From positions 12,985 to 76,984 of the forward strand of contig CAMNJQ010000051.1 of NCBI GenBank assembly GCA_946541575.1: a stretch of DNA of 64,000 nucleotides, given 5' to 3'. The position numbers were made by a program, and so were the translations under genes. Below, piece by piece: positions 9,604-19,180 of the stretch. The notes beneath the pieces were generated by a model. That model saw nothing but the letters and a program-made list of their open reading frames with translations, did not search any database and had not been told where the DNA came from. Each line of letters starts with the position of its first letter. Position 1 is the stretch's first letter. This DNA comes from an uncultured Clostridium sp. (lineage in GTDB: Bacteria; Bacillota_I; Bacilli_A; RF39; UBA660).

Positions 9604-10230
9604 ATGAAAAAAGTATTAATTTTAATAATGATTTTTTCAATATTTTTACCTGTAAAAACAAATGCAAATGAAACAAAAAGTGATACAGTTTCATTAAACA
9701 ATTGTGTAGATGCTAGTTCTGCAAGATTTATGCTAGGATTACATGAAATTAAAGTAAAGTTTATTGCTATTGAATCAGATGAAATAATTAAAGATGATGA
9801 AACTGATGAAATAAATGAAAACTTAGTAAGCGATTATGTTTGTGAAATGCTAAAAAGTGCCAAACAAATAAAAATAGAATATGAGCCTAAAGCACCAAAA
9901 GAAGACAAATATGGAAGAATTCAAGCATGGGTATTTGTAGACAATGTATTATTACAGGAAGATTTAGTAAGTATAGGCTATGCTAAAATAATGTATATGG
10001 AAGATGACTATTTATATGCTAATAAATTAAAAGAAGCTCAAAACAAAGCAAAAGAAATGAATTTAGGAATATGGAAAGACAAAAAAGAGGAAGAAAATCA
10101 TGTTGAACCTGAAAAAACTATTAAGGAAGAAAAGCCCAAAGGATTTTTTGAGTCAATAATAGACTTTTTTAAAAATTTGTTTAAAAGTTTATTATCGTTC
10201 ATAGATGATTTAATTAATAACATATTGTAA
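9604..10230 (+). CDS. Secreted/anchored thermonuclease (SNase) family nuclease
   Basis: Has a signal peptide (MKKVLILIMIFSIFLPVKTNA) and an SNase-like core (KYGRIQAWVFVDNVLLQEDLVSIGYAKI). The C-terminal tail is amphipathic. Confidence 0.75.
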   Translation: MKKVLILIMIFSIFLPVKTNANETKSDTVSLNNCVDASSARFMLGLHEIKVKFIAIESDEIIKDDETDEINENLVSDYVCEMLKSAKQIKIEYEPKAPKEDKYGRIQAWVFVDNVLLQEDLVSIGYAKIMYMEDDYLYANKLKEAQNKAKEMNLGIWKDKKEEENHVEPEKTIKEEKPKGFFESIIDFFKNLFKSLLSFIDDLINNIL

Positions 10231-10241
10231 AGGATTTAAAA

Positions 10242-11168
10242 ATGAAAAATAATTATATAATCGTTTCAAATGATAAAATAACAATCGATACTCGAGTAAA
10301 AAAAATTATAGAAGAAAAAAAAATAACTGATTATGAATTGATTAAATATACATATCCTGATAATTCAATTGATGATGTAATAGAAGAATTAAATACTTAC
10401 AATTTTTTAGCAAATACTAAAGTAGTTATTTTTCTTGAGTGTAGCTTTCTTAATAAAGAAAGCGATAAAAGTATAAAGAATTTAAAGAAATATCTTGAAA
10501 TTCCATCTGAAAACATTCTAATTATGACAAATGATATTTTAAGTGATTCTAAAGATATTAAAGAATTGATTTCTAAAAATACAGAGGTATTGGATAATAA
10601 AATATCCTCAGAAGTATTAATCAAAAACAATTTGGAAAATTATAAAATGGAAAACAAGACCGTTAAATATTTAGCAGAGTATTGTTTATACAATAATGAA
10701 AAAATAATTAATGAACTTGAAAAATTAAAATGTTATAAATATAGTGAATCTGATAAAAATATATCTATAGAAGATATTAATTTGATTGTTATGAGAGATT
10801 ATGATGATGATATATTTGATTTAGTTAATGCAATTGCGACAAGAAATAAAAATAAAGCAATTGACTTATATAAAAGAATTTCTAGAAAAGAAAAAGACTC
10901 AATAAATATTATCGCAAGTGTGTCTGGAAGTATAAGAAACTTATTTAGTGTAAAAATATTATTAGAAAGAAAAACAAAACCAAATGAAATATCAAATATT
11001 TTAGGAATCAAGCCATATGCAGTTCAAATTGCATCTGAAAATTGTAACAATTATAGTAAAAAGAAATTATTATATCTTCTTGATACATTAGCAGATATTG
11101 ACTATAAATCTAAAAGTGGTAATGGAAAAAGCAATTCGTTATTTGAAATGTTTCTACTAGAACTATAG
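10242..11168 (+). CDS. holA: DNA polymerase III delta subunit
   Basis: The 308-aa length fits. The N-terminal clamp-loader-like region is followed by IFDLVNAIATRNKNKAIDLYKRI and a C-terminal LLDTLADIDYKSKSG pattern, both typical of HolA. Confidence 0.7.
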   Translation: MKNNYIIVSNDKITIDTRVKKIIEEKKITDYELIKYTYPDNSIDDVIEELNTYNFLANTKVVIFLECSFLNKESDKSIKNLKKYLEIPSENILIMTNDILSDSKDIKELISKNTEVLDNKISSEVLIKNNLENYKMENKTVKYLAEYCLYNNEKIINELEKLKCYKYSESDKNISIEDINLIVMRDYDDDIFDLVNAIATRNKNKAIDLYKRISRKEKDSINIIASVSGSIRNLFSVKILLERKTKPNEISNILGIKPYAVQIASENCNNYSKKKLLYLLDTLADIDYKSKSGNGKSNSLFEMFLLEL

Positions 11169-11181
11169 GAGGTAGTAAAAT

Positions 11182-12405
11182 ATGTTGAAAAAAGCAATAT
11201 CATTTTCAATAATAATATTATTATTATTTTTAGCATATCAATATGGAATAAATTTTCTAAAGAAGAATCATACAATTAGCTATTCAATAGAAAAAGAAGA
11301 AAGTTTTAAAATTGAAGAAAATTATATTAAAAACTCAAATAATGATTATTATTTGATAAAAGTAACTAATAATGATAAAAATGAATTTATTTTTGATATT
11401 AATAATTTATTTAATAAACAAAAGCAAATTGTAGAAGATGTATCTGTATATGAAGATAATGGTTGGTATTGTTTATCATTAATTTATAAAAATAAGAAAA
11501 AGTCTTCAATTCCTTTATGTGAAAAAGAAGGAACTATTTATTCATATAATTATGCAAAAAACAATATTAATTTAGATGATTTTATTTCAAAATTACCAAA
11601 TATTGAGTCAGACGGACAATATAAAGATGCTGGAAATAGTGGAAATGGGTTTAATAAAGGTTACTTAGATGATGATGAGACAATGATTTTTTACAAATAT
11701 AAAAATTTATCAATAATAACCAATAAAATTGAAAACAACGTAAATTTTTCAAGTGAAGATCAATATAAGAATATTTTAGGTTCTGCCGTAGGGAAATTTT
11801 ATATAATACCAAAATATACATCTAATGCGACTGTAAAAGAATATATTAAGTATGACTTTGAAGCAAATACTAAAAATATTATTTCGTTTAATGCAGAAAT
11901 ATCAAAACAATCTTCTTACATTAATGGTGTATATGAAGGAAAATTATACATATTCGATAAAAGTACATTAACACAATACGAAATTGACCCTTATAATGAC
12001 AAAACAATTGTTACTGGTAATAAAGATAAAGATGCAATAGCAATTATAAATGGTGAAGAAAAAAATATTTCAGTATATGAAATGAATGAGAAAAATATAG
12101 TTTTTACGCCAAACTTAGATATATATAGCAAAATAAAATATGATAGTATTTATCCTTTTGATGAATTTGCTATTTATACAAGTAATGGAAATATGAATAA
12201 AGTTTATAATAAGTATCCAGATAATTCGATAGTACTTATTAATGATTCAGATGTAAAAGAAATAAAAGCAACGAATAATAGTATATATTATATTAAAGAT
12301 GATACTTTGTATAAATATAATAAAAATGGTATTTTTGTAATTACTAAGTCAAACGAATTGAAATACAATAATGAAAATATTTATGATATATTCTTAAATA
12401 ATTAA
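11182..12405 (+). CDS. N-terminally anchored extracytoplasmic protein, unknown function
   Basis: The SD is strong (AGGAGG). One N-terminal TM helix is present. It starts 13 nt after holA and is followed by a terminator. Confidence 0.55.
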   Translation: MLKKAISFSIIILLLFLAYQYGINFLKKNHTISYSIEKEESFKIEENYIKNSNNDYYLIKVTNNDKNEFIFDINNLFNKQKQIVEDVSVYEDNGWYCLSLIYKNKKKSSIPLCEKEGTIYSYNYAKNNINLDDFISKLPNIESDGQYKDAGNSGNGFNKGYLDDDETMIFYKYKNLSIITNKIENNVNFSSEDQYKNILGSAVGKFYIIPKYTSNATVKEYIKYDFEANTKNIISFNAEISKQSSYINGVYEGKLYIFDKSTLTQYEIDPYNDKTIVTGNKDKDAIAIINGEEKNISVYEMNEKNIVFTPNLDIYSKIKYDSIYPFDEFAIYTSNGNMNKVYNKYPDNSIVLINDSDVKEIKATNNSIYYIKDDTLYKYNKNGIFVITKSNELKYNNENIYDIFLNN

Positions 12406-12429
12406 GTACTAAATAATAGTACTTTTTTT
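12405..12429 (+). terminator. Rho-independent terminator ending the 3238-12405 operon
   Basis: AGTACT-AAATAAT-AGTACT hairpin followed by T7. Confidence 0.55.
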
Positions 12430-12489
12430 CTTTATGCTCTTTATTATAATAAAAAAATATTGTATACTAAATAATATAGGGTGATAGTG

Positions 12490-14133
12490 ATGATATTAAA
12501 GAAACCATATGCATTTTTAATAAAGCATTTTAGAATAATTCATGCTTTTTTATTAGTATTTGCATCGTATTTAATTTATAGATCACAAAATATAGCATCT
12601 TCATTTGATAGATATATAAATAATAAGCAAAGAATAACATCAATAATCAATGATTTAGATGGTATTGTTAATGTGATGATGTATATTATAATTGCTTTAA
12701 CTATAATAATTATTTCCGCAGTTATTTATTTGCTGAAATATAAAAAGAAACCAATTATTTTTTATATTTCAACAATTGGAATTTATATAATTGTTTTAAT
12801 TTCTTATATATATGCATCAACATTCTTTGAATCATTAAGATTTGAAACACCAGACTTAAGAATTGTTAATATATTAAAAGATGTATATCATGTAATAGTA
12901 TTAGTTCAAATACCAATAATAGTTTTATTTTTTATTAGAATGGTTGGATTTGATGTAAGGAAATTTGATTTTAAAAAAGATTTACTTGATTTAGGAGTAG
13001 ATGAAAAAGACAACGAGGAGTATGAAGTAAGTTTTGAACTTGATAGAGATACAATCCAATCATTTGTTAAAAAAAGTATTAGAATGAGCAAATATTTTTA
13101 TAAAGAAAATGGATTGATATTTAGAATTATTGAAATAGTACTTGCTGTTTTAATATTAACATTTGTAATTGGAATAATATCTTCAAGAGAAGTAATTTAT
13201 AAAGAAGGACAAACATTTGAAACAAATTATTACAATGCTAAAGTTGTAGAAACATACAAAACGTATAATGATTCATCAGGTAACAAGATTAGTAATAGTT
13301 TCTTTTATGTTATTGCTAAAATAAAATATAATAATATTACATCTAATGCATATACAATAAATACAAATAATATAATGTTATCATATGGTGAGGAATCGGT
13401 TAAACCAACTTCAGAATTTAATAATAAAATAACTGAATTTGGAGTTAACTATAATGGACAAGTATTAAATCCTTATGAAACAAGAGAATTTGTTTTTGTC
13501 TTTGAAGTCCCAAAAGAGTATTATGAATCTAATTTATTAATAAAATATTTATATAATATTAAATTTAAGAAAAATAGTTCAGAATCTGAATACGAATATA
13601 GAAAAATAAAAGTAGTTCCTAAAAAAATTGATAATAATAAAGAAACAATATCAACTAAATCATTAGGTGAAGAATTATCGTTTAATGGAAGCTTATTAGG
13701 AGATACAACTATTAAAATAAATGATATAAAGATGAATGATACATTTTTCTACAATGTAACAAAATGTATAGGAAAAACATGCGATTCGAAATTAAATACA
13801 ATAACTTCAAGACAAACAACTCAATTTGATTTAACATTAATGCGAATTAACTTTAATTTAAAATTTGATAGAGATAAATTGAGTGAATATTATAATAATT
13901 CAAAGTTTATAGAGCAATATGGAAGTATTAGATTTGAAATTGATGGTAAAGAATATAACAACAGACTATCATTAGTAGATGTTACTCCAATTAAAACTAA
14001 TGATTATGTATTTATTGAAATTAGAGACAAAGTTAAAAATGCTGATAAAATTTATATGGATTTTACAATAAGAGATAAAGTTTTTACATATATACTAAAA
14101 GATAATAAAAAAGAAGAAACAAAAGCTGAATAA
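12490..14133 (+). CDS. Polytopic membrane protein with large C-terminal extracytoplasmic domain, unknown function
   Basis: The N-terminal 230 aa or so contain 4-5 TM helices, followed by a beta-rich domain. I chose the ATG at 12490 because AGGGTGA lies 5 nt upstream. The ORF track GTG at 12481 is the alternative. Confidence 0.55.
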   Translation: MILKKPYAFLIKHFRIIHAFLLVFASYLIYRSQNIASSFDRYINNKQRITSIINDLDGIVNVMMYIIIALTIIIISAVIYLLKYKKKPIIFYISTIGIYIIVLISYIYASTFFESLRFETPDLRIVNILKDVYHVIVLVQIPIIVLFFIRMVGFDVRKFDFKKDLLDLGVDEKDNEEYEVSFELDRDTIQSFVKKSIRMSKYFYKENGLIFRIIEIVLAVLILTFVIGIISSREVIYKEGQTFETNYYNAKVVETYKTYNDSSGNKISNSFFYVIAKIKYNNITSNAYTINTNNIMLSYGEESVKPTSEFNNKITEFGVNYNGQVLNPYETREFVFVFEVPKEYYESNLLIKYLYNIKFKKNSSESEYEYRKIKVVPKKIDNNKETISTKSLGEELSFNGSLLGDTTIKINDIKMNDTFFYNVTKCIGKTCDSKLNTITSRQTTQFDLTLMRINFNLKFDRDKLSEYYNNSKFIEQYGSIRFEIDGKEYNNRLSLVDVTPIKTNDYVFIEIRDKVKNADKIYMDFTIRDKVFTYILKDNKKEETKAE

Positions 14134-14222
14134 ATCAGAAATCTTCTTCTTTTTATTTTATACTATATGTGATAGAATTAATTTGTTTTGAGTAAAATTT
14201 AATATTAGTAGGTGAATATAAT

Positions 14223-15956
14223 ATGATAAAAAAGCTATTAAAATCTGTAAGAGAATATAAAAAATATGCAATATTAACTCCATTGTTTGTAACATTTGAA
14301 GTAATACTTGAAGTTTTAATTCCGCTTTTAATGAGTAAAATTATAGATGATGGATTTGGAGCAGGGAATATGTCTATAGTGTACATCACAGGACTTATAC
14401 TTATTATTTGCTCGATAATATCACTTGCATGTGGAATACTATCAGGAGTGAATGGTGCTAAAGCATCAACAGGATTTGCAAGTAATCTAAGACATGATTT
14501 ATATCATAAAGTTCAAGACTTTTCTTTTTATAATATAGATAAATTTTCTACAAGTAGTTTGATTACAAGATTAACTACAGATGTAAGCAATGTACAATTT
14601 GCATTTCAAATGATAATTAGAATTGCTGTAAGAGCTCCTTTGATGCTAATAACTAGTGTTTTATTTTCCTTTTTTATTAGTCCAAAACTTGCTTTAATTT
14701 ACTTACTTATTGTACCAATACTAGGAATTTCATTACTTTTTATTGCAATTAAAGCACATCCAATAATGAAAAGAGTGTTTGAAACATATGATGATTTAAA
14801 TAATGTGGTTGAAGAAAACGTAAATGCTATTAGAGTAGTAAAATCATTTACCCTAGAAGAGGAAGAAGAAAGAAAATTTAAAAATGTTTCAAAAACTATA
14901 CATGATTTATTTGTTAAAGGGGAAAAAATAATTGCATTAAACAGTCCAATTATGCAATTTTGTATGTATTTATCTATCATGCTAATATCATGGTTTGGAG
15001 CACATATAATTGTAAATACTGGTGCAAGTGAATTAACGACAGGAAACTTAATGACATTATTTACTTATACTATTCAAATATTAGGAAGCTTAATGATGCT
15101 TTCAATGATATTTGTTATGATTATTATTTCAAAAGCTAGTGTAGAACGTATAGTAGAAGTTTTAGATGAAACTCCTGATATTACTAATCCTAAAAATCCA
15201 ATTACAAAAGTATTAGATGGAAGTATAAAATTTTCAAATGTATCTTTCAGCTATGTTAAAGATAAAAATAAAGAAGTATTAAAAAATATAGATTTAGAAA
15301 TAAAAAGTGGTGAAACAATTGGTGTTATTGGTGGAACAGGAAGTGGAAAATCTAGTTTTGTTAATTTGATTCCACGTTTATATGATGTAACCGATGGTGA
15401 TCTTTTAGTTGGAGGAAATAATGTAAAAGATTATGATTTGAAAATACTAAGAGATGAAGTTTCATGTGTTCTTCAAAAAAATGTTTTATTTAGTGGAACT
15501 GTAATAGAAAACATATTATGGGGAGATGAGAATGCTTCTTTTGAAGAAGTTGTAAGGGTATGCAAATTAGCCCAAGCAGATAGTTTTATAAACGAATTAA
15601 AAGATGGATACAACACTTTTATAGAAGAAGGTGGAACCAATGTATCTGGAGGTCAAAAACAAAGATTATGTATTGCAAGAGCTTTACTAAAAAAACCCAA
15701 AATTTTAATATTAGATGATTCGACAAGCGCAGTAGATACAAGAACAGATAAATTAATTCAAGATGCTTTTAAAAAAGAAATTCCAAATACAACAAAAATA
15801 ATAATTGCCCAAAGAATCTCAAGTGTTGAAAATGCAGATAGAATAATAGTACTTGATAACGGACAAATTAGTGGAATAGGTACTCATAAAGAATTATTAA
15901 AGAAAAATAAAATATATAAAGAAGTATATGACTCTCAAGTAAAGGGAAGTGATTAA
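14223..15956 (+). CDS. ABC exporter, fused permease/ATPase subunit A (heterodimeric multidrug-type)
   Basis: A six-helix TMD is followed by Walker A (GGTGSGKSS), the signature VSGGQKQR and Walker B (ILILDDSTSAVD). Confidence 0.85.
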   Translation: MIKKLLKSVREYKKYAILTPLFVTFEVILEVLIPLLMSKIIDDGFGAGNMSIVYITGLILIICSIISLACGILSGVNGAKASTGFASNLRHDLYHKVQDFSFYNIDKFSTSSLITRLTTDVSNVQFAFQMIIRIAVRAPLMLITSVLFSFFISPKLALIYLLIVPILGISLLFIAIKAHPIMKRVFETYDDLNNVVEENVNAIRVVKSFTLEEEEERKFKNVSKTIHDLFVKGEKIIALNSPIMQFCMYLSIMLISWFGAHIIVNTGASELTTGNLMTLFTYTIQILGSLMMLSMIFVMIIISKASVERIVEVLDETPDITNPKNPITKVLDGSIKFSNVSFSYVKDKNKEVLKNIDLEIKSGETIGVIGGTGSGKSSFVNLIPRLYDVTDGDLLVGGNNVKDYDLKILRDEVSCVLQKNVLFSGTVIENILWGDENASFEEVVRVCKLAQADSFINELKDGYNTFIEEGGTNVSGGQKQRLCIARALLKKPKILILDDSTSAVDTRTDKLIQDAFKKEIPNTTKIIIAQRISSVENADRIIVLDNGQISGIGTHKELLKKNKIYKEVYDSQVKGSD

Positions 15957-15958
15957 AA

Positions 15959-17824
15959 ATGAAAGATAAGCATAAATTTGAAATAAAAAAAGGAACAATA
16001 AAAAGATTATTCTCTTATCTTGGGAAATATAAATATAAATTGTTAATAGTATTTGTATGTATTATAATCAGTGCGATTGCTGGTGTTTTAGGATCGTTAT
16101 TCTTACAAACTTTAATAGATGATAATATTTTACCAATGTTAGAAACTAATTCCAATGATTATTCACCATTGTTGAATGCAGTATTAAAAATGTCATTAAT
16201 ATATGTTGTTGGTATTATTTCAACTTATACTTATAATATTTTAATGACTATAGTTGCTCAAGGAGTATTAAGAGACATAAGAGATGAAATGTTTGTTAAA
16301 ATGGAACAATTACCAATAAAGTATTTTGATACTCATACTCATGGTGATATTATGAGTAGATATACAAATGATGCTGATACTTTAAGACAAATGATAAGTC
16401 AAAGTATTCCAAATATGATTTCTAGTGTAATAACAATAATTGCAGTTGTAATATCTATGTTTTATTTAAATATTTTATTAACATTATTCGTTTTATTATT
16501 TTCAATAATTACTATATTTGTAACAAGAATTATAGCAAGAAGAAGTGCAAGCCACTTTATAAAAGGTCAAAAAAGTTTAGGAAAACTTAATGGATATGTC
16601 GAAGAAATGCTAAATGGTCAGAAAGTTATTAAAGTATTTACTCATGAAAAAACAGCAAAAGAGAACTTTGACAAATTAAATGAAGAATTGAGAAATGACG
16701 CATATAATGCTAACAAATTTGCAAATATTACAATGCCTGTAGCAGGAAATTTAGGATATTTAGAATATGTACTAGTAGCAGTTATAGGTGCGATATTAAA
16801 TAGTAGCGGTAGCAGTTTAATATCTATTGGAGTAATTGTATCATTTTTGCACCTAACAAGAAGTTTCCAACAACCTGTTAATCAAGTTACAAATCAACTA
16901 AATTCAATAATAATGGCTTTAGCAGGTTCATCAAGAATTTTTGAAATGATGGATGAAGAAAAAGAACAAGATAATGGCTATGTAACACTAGTAAAAGTAA
17001 AAGAAAAAAATGGAAAATATGTTGAATCAAAAGATGGATTATGGGCATGGAAACATCCTCATCATGATGGGACTTTAGAATATGTTTTATTAAAAGGAAA
17101 AATAGAACTAAATGGAGTAGATTTTTCATATACTAGAGGAAAACAAATCTTATATAATATTTCCATGTATGCTAAACCTGGACAAAAGATAGCTTTAGTA
17201 GGAGCAACAGGTGCTGGAAAAACTACAATAACTAACTTAATTAATAGATTTTATGATATAGAAGATGGAAAAATAAGATTTGATGGAATTAATATTAACA
17301 AAATTAAAAAGCAAGATTTAAGAAGAAGCATAGGTATGGTTTTACAGGATGTATTTTTATTTACTGGAACTATTAAAGACAATATTAAATATGGAAACCC
17401 AAATGCAACAAACAATGATGTAATAAATGCATGTAAACTTGCAAATGCACATGATTTCATAATGATGCTTCCAAAAGGATATGACACTATGCTAACTGGT
17501 AATGGTCAAGAACTATCACAAGGACAAAGGCAATTATTATCAATAGCACGTGTTGCAATAACAAATCCTCCAGTAATGATTTTAGATGAAGCTACAAGTT
17601 CTATTGATACAAGAACAGAAAAAATAGTACAAGACGGAATGGATAAGTTAATGGAAGGAAGAACAGTATTTGTAATTGCTCATAGATTATCAACAGTAAG
17701 AAATTCAAAGGCAATAATGGTAATGGAACATGGTAAAATAATTGAAAGAGGAAATCATGATGATTTAATAAAGCAAAAAGGAGAGTACTATAAGCTTTAC
17801 ACTGGTGCTTTTGAATTAGAATAG
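15959..17824 (+). CDS. ABC exporter, fused permease/ATPase subunit B
   Basis: Has a TMD, Walker A (GATGAGKTT), the signature LSQGQRQL and Walker B (VMILDEATSSID). It starts 2 nt after subunit A. Confidence 0.85.
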   Translation: MKDKHKFEIKKGTIKRLFSYLGKYKYKLLIVFVCIIISAIAGVLGSLFLQTLIDDNILPMLETNSNDYSPLLNAVLKMSLIYVVGIISTYTYNILMTIVAQGVLRDIRDEMFVKMEQLPIKYFDTHTHGDIMSRYTNDADTLRQMISQSIPNMISSVITIIAVVISMFYLNILLTLFVLLFSIITIFVTRIIARRSASHFIKGQKSLGKLNGYVEEMLNGQKVIKVFTHEKTAKENFDKLNEELRNDAYNANKFANITMPVAGNLGYLEYVLVAVIGAILNSSGSSLISIGVIVSFLHLTRSFQQPVNQVTNQLNSIIMALAGSSRIFEMMDEEKEQDNGYVTLVKVKEKNGKYVESKDGLWAWKHPHHDGTLEYVLLKGKIELNGVDFSYTRGKQILYNISMYAKPGQKIALVGATGAGKTTITNLINRFYDIEDGKIRFDGININKIKKQDLRRSIGMVLQDVFLFTGTIKDNIKYGNPNATNNDVINACKLANAHDFIMMLPKGYDTMLTGNGQELSQGQRQLLSIARVAITNPPVMILDEATSSIDTRTEKIVQDGMDKLMEGRTVFVIAHRLSTVRNSKAIMVMEHGKIIERGNHDDLIKQKGEYYKLYTGAFELE

Positions 17825-17852
17825 AAAGATTTAAGATAATCTTTCTTTTTTT
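17823..17852 (+). terminator. Rho-independent terminator of the ABC operon
   Basis: AGAAAGATT-loop-AATCTTTCT hairpin followed by T7. Confidence 0.6.
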
Positions 17853-17871
17853 GTTAATAATTTTAATTTAG

Positions 17872-17900
17872 TTGACATAAAATGGAATATATTATAAAAT
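17872..17900 (+). promoter_or_regulatory. Sigma-A-type promoter for tRNA-Cys
   Basis: TTGACA-N17-TAAAAT ends about 15 nt before the tRNA 5' end. Confidence 0.5.
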
Positions 17901-17914
17901 TATTAATATGTGAT

Positions 17915-17988
17915 GGGTCTATAGCCAAGTGGTAAGGCATGGGACTGCAACTCCCCGATCGTTGGTTCAAATCCGACTAGGCCCTCCA
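17915..17988 (+). tRNA. tRNA-Cys (GCA)
   Basis: I folded the cloverleaf by hand. The acceptor pairs GGGTCTA with TAGGCCC, the anticodon loop is CTGCAAC, and the T-arm is GTTGG-TTCAAAT-CCGAC. CCA is encoded and the length is 74 nt. Confidence 0.85.
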
Positions 17989-18032
17989 TAATGAATTTTG
18001 CTCAAATATCAAATATTTGGGCTTTGATAAAA

Positions 18033-18061
18033 AGCTAATCCAAATGGATTAGCTTTTTTTA
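18033..18061 (+). terminator. Rho-independent terminator after tRNA-Cys
   Basis: AGCTAATCCA-AA-TGGATTAGCT hairpin followed by T7. Confidence 0.65.
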
Positions 18062-18125
18062 TAAAAAGAAATGTGTTACAATATATATGTCACTAAAAAA
18101 TATACAATTAATAGGAGTATATTTT

Positions 18126-18620
18126 ATGAAAGTAATAATAAAATTCCTTTTTTTTACTTTATTTATTTTTGCTATAACAAGCTGTAATAAACATAAAATA
18201 GAAATGATTATTCCAGAAGATATATCCGCAGATGAATTATTAAAAATATATTTTGATGGATTTTATTATGTAGAACAAAATAAAATTGTAAGTGTGTTTC
18301 CAGATTTTATGAAAAACATTAAAGAAAATGAATTTTCACAAGTTTTGTTGGAAAAGAATAATAATGATATGAAAGACGAATATGGTGATAATTTTCAAAT
18401 ATCATACACAATAGTTGATAAAGAGAAAACATCTGATGTAGTATTTGAAAGTATAAAAAAATACGTCAAAAATTACGAAAATTTTGTTGAACCAAAAGAA
18501 TGCTACTTGCTAAATGGCATACTAGACATCAAAGGCTCAAAAAAGACGTCTAGCATAATATTTAACGGAGAAATTGCTTATTGTAATTTTGATGGAAAAT
18601 GGAGATTAATAAATGGATAA
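18126..18620 (+). CDS. Small lipoprotein, unknown function
   Basis: An AGGAG SD precedes the ATG at 18126. A signal peptide is followed by a lipobox (ITSC). The ORF track start at 18087 is probably too far upstream. Confidence 0.55.
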   Translation: MKVIIKFLFFTLFIFAITSCNKHKIEMIIPEDISADELLKIYFDGFYYVEQNKIVSVFPDFMKNIKENEFSQVLLEKNNNDMKDEYGDNFQISYTIVDKEKTSDVVFESIKKYVKNYENFVEPKECYLLNGILDIKGSKKTSSIIFNGEIAYCNFDGKWRLING

Positions 18621-18650
18621 AAGTAAAATAAAAGAGAAAGGAATGATTAT

Positions 18651-19151
18651 ATGATATTTACTTTTAATAAACTATATACTAATAAGGAAGAAGTAGAAAA
18701 GCATGAATTAAATACACCATTTGAAACAGCAGCAGTACTTGCAAATATTTTATGTAGCTACAATAAAGAAAACAAAAATAATTTTTATGAAATGTTACAG
18801 GTTCTTATGGGAGATATTCAACCTATATCTAATTTATTAAAGCAACAAATCGATGATAGAATGAGTCAAAATAATAAAATGGATTATATTGGCGCTTCAT
18901 ATTTTAAAGGTGCAACAGTTGAAAATAACTACACACCAAATGTACCTTATGAAATTGAAATAAAGGAAAATCCATATTCATATGATAATGAAGGATATGC
19001 TAGATTATTTTTAAAAAGTGCTGGAGCTGATAGTGAAAGACCAGTAACTTTTAGAAAAACAAAAGAAGGGAAATGGTTGCTTTGGAGTGACTCAGTATTA
19101 GGACTATTAGCTGATATTAGACCAAAGAAAAATGACAATCCATGGAGTTAA
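18651..19151 (+). CDS. Hypothetical cytoplasmic protein (166 aa)
   Basis: The ORF has an AAAGGAA SD-like element. I recognise no motif. Confidence 0.45.
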   Translation: MIFTFNKLYTNKEEVEKHELNTPFETAAVLANILCSYNKENKNNFYEMLQVLMGDIQPISNLLKQQIDDRMSQNNKMDYIGASYFKGATVENNYTPNVPYEIEIKENPYSYDNEGYARLFLKSAGADSERPVTFRKTKEGKWLLWSDSVLGLLADIRPKKNDNPWS

Positions 19152-19152
19152 A

Positions 19153-19178
19153 AAGAAGCTCAAATTTAGAGCTTCTTT
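19153..19178. terminator. Bidirectional terminator between convergent genes
   Basis: GAAGCTC-loop-GAGCTTC hairpin flanked by an A-run on one side and a T-run on the other. Confidence 0.6.
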
Positions 19179-19180
19179 TC

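Noticed and set aside
3238-10230. Interpretation of the hydrolase/VirD4/nuclease region as an integrated conjugative element or prophage.
   Set aside because: I found no integrase, relaxase, VirB4-type ATPase, replication or partition genes, no flanking tRNA target and no direct repeats. The genes are tightly packed in one operon with holA and share the strand and style of the core genes. A decayed ICE remnant cannot be fully excluded without comparative genomes.
18087-18125. ORF-track N-terminal extensions: 18087 for the lipoprotein, 47030 for dnaG, 48783 for rpoD, 61475 for the second lipoprotein and 21937 for the accessory protein.
   Set aside because: In each case an internal ATG sits 5-9 nt behind a clear Shine-Dalgarno and gives the expected N-terminus, either a signal peptide or a conserved start. 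The upstream extension has no SD.
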